A stretch of DNA of 29,479 nucleotides from Minisyncoccota bacterium (GCA_035765615.1 DASTXF010000082.1:1-29479); one strand, 5' to 3'; counted from the first letter of the stretch, positions 7,915 to 16,195 are shown. A program made the numbers and translations. The notes: generated by a model not told the origin, from the letters alone.

Positions 7915-8186
7915 CCAGAGCTTGTAGCTTCCATAGTAGTTCAAGTCGCTCCGTATAACGCGTCCGGAAGCGGAAGGCGGAAGCGGCGACCGGGTCGCAC
8001 AGGACCCGAGAAAGACAACACCTACTAGGTATCGCGAGCAGTCCCGCTAATGGCCTGCCGATGCATATAGCCCGGGACAATGTGCAAGCACTGTGCGTAG
8101 CTAAGGAATCGGTATACCTGGTAGTTGAAATGATACGTGGAAGGACAGTCTTCAGAGCCGGCGCAGGTTCGCTTGCGTCGTTCTCC
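7915..8186 (+). ncRNA. Unidentified structured non-coding RNA (~270 nt), partially RNase P RNA-like
   Basis: Bounded by a promoter and a terminator, with no convincing ORF. The ends pair (7928-7944 with 8125-8143), with several internal GC stems, two loop-to-distal complementarities and a UUCG hairpin at 8159-8180. Confidence 0.65.
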
Positions 8187-8218
8187 AAACCCTCGTGCTG
8201 GGATGCACGAGGGTTTTT
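8187..8218 (+). terminator. Rho-independent terminator
   Basis: AAACCCTCGTGC/GCACGAGGGTTT 12-bp perfect stem plus T tract. Confidence 0.9.
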
Positions 8219-8250
8219 GTTTTGTCCAAAATTTCTGGCGCAACAAATAA

Positions 8251-8276
8251 AAGCGCCCCTATGATGAGGGGCGCTT
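8251..8276 (-). terminator. Terminator of the 8259-8888 gene
   Basis: AAGCGCCCCT/AGGGGCGCTT 10-bp stem overlapping the stop codon, T-rich tail on the minus strand. Confidence 0.75.
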
Positions 8277-8888
8277 GAATGATTCTTGGAATACAGTCGA
8301 GGTGAAAGCGCTGCCATCTCTGATCCAGGCGAATGCCTGCTCGATGACGATTTCGTCCTTGAGCCCGGTGATTTCTTCTTGGGTGACTTTCTTCCAGATG
8401 GCCGTAAGAATAGCAGGATCTCTCCATGGCTCTCGGAGATTGGTCATCTCCTGGAGAGGGAGATTTACACCCCGGACTTTCGAGCGCCATTTTTCCGGCA
8501 CGTGGAAGGCGAGGGCGATCGACACTCGAACATGAGGAACGAATTCCCGGAGGATTTCGAGATCGGCCTCCCTGAGCGACGGCCTGCCTTGGTAACGGGC
8601 GAGATTTCTGACGAAGCCCGCGATACCTTCCGGTATAGCGCGCACGCCTCGATAGTGCTCAAGAAGGACAGTCACGACCTCCTTCGTTACTTCATCTCGG
8701 ACGACGTCGACAGACTGCTCGTCTCGTTCACTCCAGACAAGCCAGTGCCTTCGGTTGCTTCCCGGTTCCCGGCCGCCGTTTAAGGCGATGCCGGTCGAGA
8801 TGCAATGATCGATATCGATATCGTAGAGAGAGGTGCGGTGCATGAGCCGCTTACCTCCGTGGGCTGTAAAGCGGGTAACAATGTTCAT
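8259..8888 (-). CDS. Hypothetical protein, 209 aa
   Basis: Longest ORF here, with an AT-rich upstream region and its own terminator; no recognised motif. Confidence 0.75.
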   Translation of the reverse strand: MNIVTRFTAHGGKRLMHRTSLYDIDIDHCISTGIALNGGREPGSNRRHWLVWSERDEQSVDVVRDEVTKEVVTVLLEHYRGVRAIPEGIAGFVRNLARYQGRPSLREADLEILREFVPHVRVSIALAFHVPEKWRSKVRGVNLPLQEMTNLREPWRDPAILTAIWKKVTQEEITGLKDEIVIEQAFAWIRDGSAFTSTVFQESFKRPSS

Positions 8889-9018
8889 TTGTTCTTAAAA
8901 TACTTATAAAATATTGTCCGGTCAAATCAGTGGATAACTCGATTGCGCCATTATCTTGCCAAGTTGATATAATTGATGGGTAAAAGTCGCAAAATTATTA
9001 AGTTAATCTTTTGAGAAC

Positions 9019-9243
9019 ATGAAGGCACTTCACGTGATCGCTTTCATCCTCGTCATTGTCGGCGGCCTTAACTGGCTCCTCGTCGGCCTTGGCGGAGATT
9101 CTTGGAACGTTGTTGCCATGCTCGGTTCGTCCGTAGCTCGCATCGCTTACGTTCTCGTCGGTCTTTCTGCCCTCGTCCTTGTCTTTTCCCACAAGAAGGA
9201 CTGCAAGATGTGCGAGGCGAAGGCTTCCCAGCCAACGATGTAG
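9019..9243 (+). CDS. DUF378-family small membrane protein
   Basis: LVIVGGLNWLLVGL…RIAYVLVGLSAL; TGnTATAAT at 8965-8973 upstream. Confidence 0.9.
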   Translation: MKALHVIAFILVIVGGLNWLLVGLGGDSWNVVAMLGSSVARIAYVLVGLSALVLVFSHKKDCKMCEAKASQPTM

Positions 9244-9262
9244 TCCTCTGCGACTCATCTCC

Positions 9263-9288
9263 GAAAAGCCGGCTTCGGCCGGCTTTTC
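9263..9288 (+). terminator. Rho-independent terminator
   Basis: GAAAAGCCGGC-TTCG-GCCGGCTTTTC. Confidence 0.85.
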
Positions 9289-9331
9289 ATTTTTAGGCCT
9301 TGTGCGCTATATTCAATGCACCGAAAACCTC

Positions 9332-12271
9332 ATGAAAAAGTACGACCATAAGAAAATCGAGAAGAAATGGCAGGGGGAGTGGGAACGCTCTCATATATAT
9401 AAGACGGGCGCGCCTGCCGCCAAAAAGCCGAAATTCTATATTCTCGACATGTTCCCGTACCCGTCGGGCGAAGGTCTTCATGTCGGCCACCCGAAAGGCT
9501 ATATCGCGACCGACATCGTCTCGCGCATGAAGCGCATGCAGGGATACAACGTTCTCCATCCAATGGGCTTTGATGCATTCGGCCTGCCAGCAGAAAATTA
9601 TGCTCTCAAGACTAAAACCAATCCGCGCATTGCCGTCGCTAAAAACGTGAAGCGCTACAAGAAGCAGCTCGAAATCATCGGCTTTGACTATGACTGGTCG
9701 CGCGAAGTGAATACCACCGATCCGAAATACTACAAGTGGACGCAGTGGATTTTCTTGAAGCTTCTCGAGAAGGGTCTCGCATACGAATCGTACGAGCCGA
9801 TTAATTGGTGTCCGTCATGCAAAACCGGACTCGCGAATGAGGACGTTGTGGACGGCCGCTGCGAGCGCTGCAATACGCCTGTTGAAAAGAAGCCGATGCG
9901 CCAATGGGTCCTCCGCATCACCAAATACGCCGATCGTCTGCTTGAGGACCTCGATGCCAAGGAATCAGACGTGCCTCTTATAAAAAGAACAATAGGAAGC
10001 GACAAGGTGCGAGCCGATTTGCCGTTCCAGGAACGTCACGCCATCGTCTCGATCGTAAAACACTGGTCGGAAGACAAATACCTCTGCTCTCGTTATAAGA
10101 AAAATGATTGGCAGGGATTCATTACGGGCGGAGTTGAAGAAGGTGAAGACATTGGCAAGACCGCCGTGCGCGAGGTTGCTGAAGAGAGCGGATACGAGAG
10201 CGCACGATTCGTGCGCACATTCGGCCGCGTGGACTCGCAGTTCTATCATGAAGTGAAAAACGTCAATCGTTTCGCTCATTTTACGGGCGTCTATCTCGAA
10301 CTCGCTGACGGCAAACGAAACGAGCCTGCGGAGGAAGAAAAGGCTCTCGCCGATGTCGTGTGGCTTTCGAAAGAAGAGGTTGGGAAATTCCTCAATAGGG
10401 AAGACATGAAATATCTCTGGGATCTTTTTACGGGCAAGAAAAAGCAGGAAGGCGAAAAGCCGCTCCTCGAATGGCCGGAATCAATCAAGGAGGCGCAGCG
10501 AAACTGGATCGGCCGATCCGAAGGCGCGGAAATCAACTTTTCGCTTAAAGTTGGCGGAAAGGAACGTTCTGAAAAACTTACCGTATTTACAACTCGTCCG
10601 GACACGCTTTTCGGCGTGACGTATGTTGTTGTTGCTCCTGAACACGCATTTGTCACCGAGCTTTTAAAGCATAAAGAAAATCTTAAGAACCACGATGATG
10701 TCGTGAAATATGTTGCGTCAGCTCGCGTCATGACGGAAATCGAGCGCACTGATGCCAAGAAAGATAAAACCGGCGTGAAGCTTGAAGGCGTTGCCGCTGT
10801 GAATCCAGCAAACGGCGAAGAAGTACCTGTCTATGTTGCAGATTACGTCCTTGCTGATTACGGAACGGGCGCAGTTATGGCTGTGCCGGCGCATGACGAG
10901 CGCGACTATGCTTTCGCAAAGCGATTCGGGCTCAAGATCGTAGAAGTCGTCCTCGGCGGCGATGTTTCGAAGGAGGCATATATCGGATCAGGCAAGCTCG
11001 CAAACTCCGGCGAATTCTCGGGTTCTGATTCAGAATCGAGCAAAAAAGCCATTACCAAATCTGTCGGTGGTGAATGGGTCGTTAAATACAAGCTCAAGGA
11101 CTGGGTCTTTTCACGTCAGCGCTACTGGGGTGAGCCAATTCCGGTCCTTCACGATGGAACGGCTGTGATTCCTGTCTCAGAAAAAGATCTTCCGGTCGAA
11201 CTTCCGAATGTTAAGTCCTATGAGCCGACAGGTACCGGCGAATCGCCTCTTGCTGGCATTGCAAAGTGGGTCAATGTGAAGGTCGGCAGGGGTAAAGACG
11301 CGAAGATTGTTAAGCGCGAAACAAACACCATGCCGCAGTGGGCAGGTTCTTCGTGGTACTACCTCCGATTCATGGACCCAAAGAATCCGAAAAAGCTCGT
11401 CGATCCGAAAGCGGAAAAATACTGGAACCAGGTCGACTTCTATGTTGGCGGTGCGGAGCACGCCACCCGACATCTCATTTATGCTCGTTTCTGGCACAAG
11501 TTCCTTTATGACATTGGCGCCATTTCCACCAAGGAACCGTTCAAGAAACTCCAGTCGGTGGGTCTCATCATGGGCGAAGATGGCAGGAAAATGTCCAAGC
11601 GTTTCGGAAACGTAGTAAATCCGGATGATATCGTTTCGGTCTATGGCGCCGACACTCTCCGTGTCTACGAAATGTTCATGGGTCCGTTCGATCAGGCGAT
11701 TGCATGGTCGACTTCCGGCATCGTCGGCTCGCGTCGCTTCCTTGAGCGCGTCTGGAATATGCGGGAAAAGGTAGCCTCGAACGAGACTGAAGAGGCATCA
11801 TTCCCGAAGCAGGCCGATGTACTTCTTAACAAGACCATAAAGAAGGTCTCCGAAGACATGGCCGCGCTCCGCCACAACACTGCAGTTAGCTCGCTCATGA
11901 TCCTTTCGAACGAATTCGAAAAGGCGCCGTCTGTGCCGCGCGCCGCGTACGAGGCGCTCCTCAAGCTCCTTGCACCGCTCGCCCCGCACATGGCTGAAGA
12001 GCTTTGGAGAAGCCTCGGAAACAAAAAATCAATCCATGTTTCGACCTGGCCGAAGGCGGATGAGTCAAAGCTTGTCGAGGAATCGGTGACGATCGTTGTT
12101 CAGGTGAACGGTAAGGTTCGCGGCAGCTTCGAGGCGTCGAAAAACGCGGCGAAAGACGATCTTGAGAAGGCAGCCCTTGGTCTCGATGAGGTCAAAAAAT
12201 GGACAGAAGGGAAGGAGATCCGAAAGATCATCGTTGTTCCCGGAAAGCTCGTTTCGATCGTCGTAAGCTAG
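9332..12271 (+). CDS. leuS: Leucine--tRNA ligase (979 aa) with an inserted NUDIX domain
   Basis: MFPYPSGEGLHVGH (HIGH), KMSKR, editing-domain TTRPDTLFG, WVFSRQRYWGEPIP. True start is likely MKKYDH at 9332, since the ORF-track start at 9179 runs through the upstream gene and terminator. Confidence 0.97.
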   Translation: MKKYDHKKIEKKWQGEWERSHIYKTGAPAAKKPKFYILDMFPYPSGEGLHVGHPKGYIATDIVSRMKRMQGYNVLHPMGFDAFGLPAENYALKTKTNPRIAVAKNVKRYKKQLEIIGFDYDWSREVNTTDPKYYKWTQWIFLKLLEKGLAYESYEPINWCPSCKTGLANEDVVDGRCERCNTPVEKKPMRQWVLRITKYADRLLEDLDAKESDVPLIKRTIGSDKVRADLPFQERHAIVSIVKHWSEDKYLCSRYKKNDWQGFITGGVEEGEDIGKTAVREVAEESGYESARFVRTFGRVDSQFYHEVKNVNRFAHFTGVYLELADGKRNEPAEEEKALADVVWLSKEEVGKFLNREDMKYLWDLFTGKKKQEGEKPLLEWPESIKEAQRNWIGRSEGAEINFSLKVGGKERSEKLTVFTTRPDTLFGVTYVVVAPEHAFVTELLKHKENLKNHDDVVKYVASARVMTEIERTDAKKDKTGVKLEGVAAVNPANGEEVPVYVADYVLADYGTGAVMAVPAHDERDYAFAKRFGLKIVEVVLGGDVSKEAYIGSGKLANSGEFSGSDSESSKKAITKSVGGEWVVKYKLKDWVFSRQRYWGEPIPVLHDGTAVIPVSEKDLPVELPNVKSYEPTGTGESPLAGIAKWVNVKVGRGKDAKIVKRETNTMPQWAGSSWYYLRFMDPKNPKKLVDPKAEKYWNQVDFYVGGAEHATRHLIYARFWHKFLYDIGAISTKEPFKKLQSVGLIMGEDGRKMSKRFGNVVNPDDIVSVYGADTLRVYEMFMGPFDQAIAWSTSGIVGSRRFLERVWNMREKVASNETEEASFPKQADVLLNKTIKKVSEDMAALRHNTAVSSLMILSNEFEKAPSVPRAAYEALLKLLAPLAPHMAEELWRSLGNKKSIHVSTWPKADESKLVEESVTIVVQVNGKVRGSFEASKNAAKDDLEKAALGLDEVKKWTEGKEIRKIIVVPGKLVSIVVS

Positions 12272-12283
12272 GCTGCTATCCCC

Positions 12284-12324
12284 TTGACAAGGCCATTGAC
12301 AATGCACTAAGCTTGACTTAGTAT
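12284..12324 (+). promoter_or_regulatory. Tandem sigma70 promoters
   Basis: TTGACA(12296-12301)-17-TAGTAT(12319-12324) and TTGACA(12284-12289)-18-TAAGCT(12308-12313). Confidence 0.6.
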
Positions 12325-12393
12325 CAAACCAATGATAAAAAGGTAATTACCTTTATTACAAGTTTTTTAGCAAGCGAACGCGCATTTAAAATC

Positions 12394-13428
12394 ATGACTG
12401 CCACTCTCACCGTTAAGCCGAAGCAGGTCGTTAAGGCTCTTTTGAAGAGCCTTCCCGAACGCGCCCAGGAAGTGATCATCCGGCGCTACGGCCTCGGAAA
12501 GGATCCGAAGAAGATGACCCTTGAAGCCATCGGCAAGACGTATGGCATCACCCGCGAACGCGTTCGCCAGATCGAGAACTACGCCATCTCGAATATTCAG
12601 AAGTCGAAGGAATACGAGGCCCAGTCCGCGGCCTTCAAAGAACTCGAAACCATGATGCGCGACATGGGCGGCGTTCTTGCAGAGGAAGACCTCCTCGACG
12701 CAGTCTCTAAGGACCCTTCGACCCAGAATCATATCTATTTCCTCCTCGTTCTTGGCCGTGCCTTCAAGTGGCAGAAGGAAGACGAGCATTTCAAGCATCG
12801 CTGGCACGTCGACGAGGACACCTCAAAGAAAGTCGAGGACGCCCTCAAGAAGCTTTATAAGAATCTCAAGGATGACGATATCATCCCTGAATCCGAGATG
12901 ATTGATACTTTCCTCAATCACATCGAAGGATTGAATGACCAGTATCGAAACGACGAGATCCTCAAGCGTTGGCTCTCGCTCTCGAAGAAAGTCGGCAAGA
13001 ATCCTCTCGGTGAATGGGGCGTCGCTCACTCTCCGAACATCAAAGCTAAGGGCATGCGTGATTACGCATTCCTCGTGATCAGGAAGCACGGTTCTCCGAT
13101 CCACTTCCGCGAAGTCGCAAAGCAGATCGAGAAAATGTTCAATAAGAAGGCTCACGTTGCAACGACTCACAACGAGCTCATCAAAGACCCTCGTTTCGTG
13201 CTTGTCGGCCGCGGCCTCTACGCTCTCTCTGAGTGGGGCTACATGTCGGGCGTCGTCAAAGACGTGATCAAGAAGATCATCGATAAGAACGGCCCTCTCA
13301 CCAAGAAGGAAATCATCGATAAGGTTTTGAAAGAGCGTTACGTGAAGGAAAACACCATTCTCGTAAATCTCCAGAATCCGAAGTATTTCAAGAAAGACAA
13401 GGAAGGCCGGTACTCAGCAGTGGCATAA
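12394..13428 (+). CDS. Sigma70 region-4 HTH fused to C-terminal winged-HTH (HARE-HTH/RNAP delta-like) domains, 344 aa
   Basis: LPERAQEVIIRRYGL…TLEAIGKTYGITRERVRQIE (sigma r4); LVIRKHGSPIHFREVA…HNELIKDPRFVLVGRGLYALSEWG (wHTH). Confidence 0.85.
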   Translation: MTATLTVKPKQVVKALLKSLPERAQEVIIRRYGLGKDPKKMTLEAIGKTYGITRERVRQIENYAISNIQKSKEYEAQSAAFKELETMMRDMGGVLAEEDLLDAVSKDPSTQNHIYFLLVLGRAFKWQKEDEHFKHRWHVDEDTSKKVEDALKKLYKNLKDDDIIPESEMIDTFLNHIEGLNDQYRNDEILKRWLSLSKKVGKNPLGEWGVAHSPNIKAKGMRDYAFLVIRKHGSPIHFREVAKQIEKMFNKKAHVATTHNELIKDPRFVLVGRGLYALSEWGYMSGVVKDVIKKIIDKNGPLTKKEIIDKVLKERYVKENTILVNLQNPKYFKKDKEGRYSAVA

Positions 13429-13430
13429 AC

Positions 13431-13460
13431 AAAAAAGCAGGAGACCTCTCCTGCTTTTTT
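13431..13460. terminator. Bidirectional-type terminator
   Basis: AAAAAAGCAGGAG/CTCCTGCTTTTTT. Confidence 0.85.
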
Positions 13461-13475
13461 GCTATAATGATTCCC

Positions 13476-14705
13476 GTGAACATCTTCAGCGCAGTTCTAA
13501 GCTTCATAGTGAACATCGGGTTCCCTGAGACCGCTCGTTGGCTCGTTTTCTTTGCTGTCGTCTGGGTTCCGATCGTGATATTCGAATACGCCTGGGGCAT
13601 CTGGGTGCGCTACGTCCGCACGACCTGGATTTCAAAACAGGAAAAAATACTCCTTGAGATCAAGCTTCCGGCCGAGACCGTGAAGTCACCCCTTGCCATG
13701 GAACTCGTCCTCACCGGCCTCTACCAAACGGGCGGCGAAGGCACGCCGATCGATCGTTACTGGGAAGGAAAAGTCCGTCCGTGGTTCTCGCTTGAACTCG
13801 TTTCGATCGACGGCGAGATCCATTTCTATATTTGGACGTTCAAGAGCCAGCGAACGATCGTCGAGTCAAACATATATGCGCAATATCCAGGCGTTGAGAT
13901 CCATGATGCCAAGGACTATACCGAGGATGTATTCTTTGATCCGGAAAAATACGACCTCGCCGGATGCAGGTTTGAAGCGACTGCACCCGATCCTCTTCCA
14001 ATAAAAACCTACGTTGATTACGGTCTCGATAAGGACCCGAAAGAAGAATTTAAGATTGACCCAATGGCACCCCTTATTGAATTTATGGGAACGCTTAAGA
14101 AAGGCCACCAAGCATGGGTTCAGTTTGTCGTTCGCGCCCATACTCAGGAAAAGACGCCGTTCAACAACAAATATCCTGATAAGTGGAAGGAGGAAGCGAA
14201 AAAACTCGTTAAGGATATCCTCATGGAGAACGAGAAGGACAAGGAGGAAGGCGACCTCAATGCTGGCAAGCTGACACAGGGTCAGAAAGATAGGATATCG
14301 GGTATTGAGCGCGCCTTAACGAAGATTCCATTCGATGCGGGTGTCCGTATCATCTATATCGCCCCTAAAGACGTCTTCGACAAGGGAAATGGAGGCGGAC
14401 TTACCGGATCGTTCAAGCAGTTTAACGCACCGAACCTTAACGGTTTCAAGCCGGCCGAAGGCATGTCATTCGACTACAAGTGGGAAGACTGGTCGGGAAA
14501 GAAGCTTCTCCATCGTAAAATTGAGCACTTCCGCGCGTATTGCGAGCGTGGGTATTTCCATTACCCATTTATGAGGAAGTGGACTGTCTTGAATACCGAG
14601 GAGCTTGCCACGCTCTATCACTTCCCAGGCAGCGCAGTGAAGACGCCGACATTGAAGCGCATTCCGTCAAAGCGCGCCGACGCCCCTTCGAATCTTCCTA
14701 TATAA
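13476..14705 (+). CDS. Conserved CPR-type membrane-anchored protein (~409 aa) of unknown function
   Basis: N-terminal TM segment; SPLAMELVL, WFSLELVS.DGEIHFY, IYAQYPGVEI, LNTEELATLYHFP. Start placed at GTG 13476 because the ATG at 13467 overlaps the TATAAT box. Confidence 0.8.
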   Translation: MNIFSAVLSFIVNIGFPETARWLVFFAVVWVPIVIFEYAWGIWVRYVRTTWISKQEKILLEIKLPAETVKSPLAMELVLTGLYQTGGEGTPIDRYWEGKVRPWFSLELVSIDGEIHFYIWTFKSQRTIVESNIYAQYPGVEIHDAKDYTEDVFFDPEKYDLAGCRFEATAPDPLPIKTYVDYGLDKDPKEEFKIDPMAPLIEFMGTLKKGHQAWVQFVVRAHTQEKTPFNNKYPDKWKEEAKKLVKDILMENEKDKEEGDLNAGKLTQGQKDRISGIERALTKIPFDAGVRIIYIAPKDVFDKGNGGGLTGSFKQFNAPNLNGFKPAEGMSFDYKWEDWSGKKLLHRKIEHFRAYCERGYFHYPFMRKWTVLNTEELATLYHFPGSAVKTPTLKRIPSKRADAPSNLPI

Positions 14706-15746
14706 ATGGATTCTGGTTCACTGAAATACATCCAAGAGCCGCCGCATGAGGAGCTTCTTCCGCCGCCGCGCCGCTTCAGGCTCCCGGAAAAGCGACGACT
14801 CGCCCTCGTCGGCGCGGCGGTACTCATTCTTTTCGTCTTTTACCGGATATTTCTCGCTGCTCCTGCAGGGAATCAAGCAAATGAACAGACGATCGTAACC
14901 ATTCCAAGCGGGGAAGGGCTTACCGGCGCTGCGCGCATCCTTTCTTCGGCGCATCAAGTCCGATCGCAGTTTTTCCTCAAGGCGCTTGTCGTGCTCTTTG
15001 GTGGCCCTCGCGCGGTTCAGGCGGGCGATTACTATTTCGAGCGTCCCGAAAGCGCTATCTGGGTAGCCTGGAGACTTACCCACAGCGTTTATGAATTGGT
15101 AAATGTCCGCATCACCGTTCCCGAAGGCCTCAACTCGAAAGAAATCTCTCTTCTTTTTGCCAATCAGCCGCTCTTCACAAAATTTGATCAGATTGATTTC
15201 CTGAAAGCCGCTGCTCCCCATGAAGGATATCTTTTTCCTGACACGTATTTCTTCCCGCCGAACGTGACTGCCCGCGCTGTAGTCGACGCCATGCTTGCCA
15301 CATATCAGAAGCGCATTACCGATGTGAGATCCGATATTGCAGCTTTCGGCAGGCCAGAGGCCGATGTTATAAAAATGGCTTCCATTCTTGAAGAAGAAGG
15401 CAGAACGACCGAAACGAGGGAAATCATTGCTGGAATACTCTGGAAACGTCTTGATCAAGGCATGCCTCTCCAGGTTGATTCCGCGTTCGCTCTTGTGAAT
15501 GGAAAAAAGGCAAGTAAGGATATATCGTTATCGGACCTTGCCATTGATTCTCCGTACAATACGTACACACACAAAGGTCTGCCACCGACGGCGATATCGA
15601 ACCCGGGTCTCGATTCGATCCGTGCCGCCGTTCATCCGATCGCGACTAAATATTACTACTATCTTTCAGATGATCAGGGAAACATGCACTATGCCGTCAC
15701 GCTTGACGAACATGTGGCAAACAAACAGAAATATCTCTCGAATTAA
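14706..15746 (+). CDS. mltG: Endolytic transglycosylase MltG (YceG family)
   Basis: N-terminal TM, ITVPEG, EGYLFPDTY, MASILEEE (catalytic Glu), MPLQVD, SPYNTY…GLPPTAISNPG. Confidence 0.95.
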   Translation: MDSGSLKYIQEPPHEELLPPPRRFRLPEKRRLALVGAAVLILFVFYRIFLAAPAGNQANEQTIVTIPSGEGLTGAARILSSAHQVRSQFFLKALVVLFGGPRAVQAGDYYFERPESAIWVAWRLTHSVYELVNVRITVPEGLNSKEISLLFANQPLFTKFDQIDFLKAAAPHEGYLFPDTYFFPPNVTARAVVDAMLATYQKRITDVRSDIAAFGRPEADVIKMASILEEEGRTTETREIIAGILWKRLDQGMPLQVDSAFALVNGKKASKDISLSDLAIDSPYNTYTHKGLPPTAISNPGLDSIRAAVHPIATKYYYYLSDDQGNMHYAVTLDEHVANKQKYLSN

Positions 15747-15775
15747 AAAAGCCGCCTCATTCCGAGGCGGCTTTT
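15745..15775. terminator. Bidirectional terminator between convergent genes
   Basis: AAAAGCCGCCTC/GAGGCGGCTTTT. Confidence 0.85.
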
Positions 15776-15939
15776 GCAAAAACGATGGAGCACTGGATCC
15801 ACGGCTGCTTTTCCGGCATTTGGCCGGTTGAGGCAGTGTAGAGCTTGTCTGCTTCCAAGATGTTTTCGGCATCGCACTCGAATGCGGTTGCCGGTGGTGC
15901 GGGGTGCTTCGAGTGGTCTTTGTATGTGTAGTGGTTCAT
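15757..15939 (-). CDS. Small hypothetical protein, 60 aa (MNHYTYKDHSKHP…FAKAASE)
   Basis: ATG overlaps the upstream stop (ATGA), implying translational coupling; ends inside the terminator. Confidence 0.55.
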   Translation of the reverse strand: MNHYTYKDHSKHPAPPATAFECDAENILEADKLYTASTGQMPEKQPWIQCSIVFAKAASE

Positions 15940-16118
15940 TGCCACATTCTCCGTGCTTTTCTGTTGAGGAGTACGACATCGAGTATGTAATAGAGCGCGG
16001 GACAGCCAAGGCCTATGCCAAGGGCAGTCCATGCTCCAAAGAAGGCGCATCGGTGACCGATGAATGCTGAAGCGCCGCATAAAACGATGACGTAGAGGAG
16101 TGTGAAGTGCTTTTTCAT
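15936..16118 (-). CDS. Small two-TM membrane protein, 60 aa
   Basis: MKK start, two hydrophobic segments, basic C-terminal tail. Confidence 0.65.
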   Translation of the reverse strand: MKKHFTLLYVIVLCGASAFIGHRCAFFGAWTALGIGLGCPALYYILDVVLLNRKARRMWQ

Positions 16119-16164
16119 GTGCTGGACTTATAACACAATAACACATTTATCTCGGAAAATCAAC

Positions 16165-16192
16165 AAAAAAGCCGCGACGTATGCCGCGGCTT
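16165..16192 (-). terminator. Terminator of the 16196-16714 gene
   Basis: AAGCCGCG/CGCGGCTT stem with a T6 run on the minus strand. Confidence 0.75.
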
Positions 16193-16195
16193 GAG

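Noticed and set aside
8154-8184. Group II intron domain V look-alike (GAGCCG…GTTCT)
   Set aside because: It lacks the 2-nt bulge and GNRA loop; there is no domain VI, no RT ORF and no interrupted gene.
7915-8190. tmRNA or tRNA-Ala identity (GGTTCG…TCTCCA 3' end and a long closing helix)
   Set aside because: There is no GGGG-type 5' acceptor strand on the same strand and no tag ORF ending in Ala-rich codons, and the GGTTCG is better explained as a gUUCGc tetraloop hairpin.
7898-8317. ORFs overlapping the ncRNA region (7898-8317, 8025-8246, 8061-8264)
   Set aside because: They have atypical composition, no start signals, and run through terminators; they are probably spurious.
8929-8937. DnaA-box-like AGTGGATAA (reverse complement TTATCCACT) in an AT-rich intergenic region, possible oriC
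   Set aside because: A single 8/9 match in only ~130 bp, with no box cluster and no dnaA/dnaN nearby.
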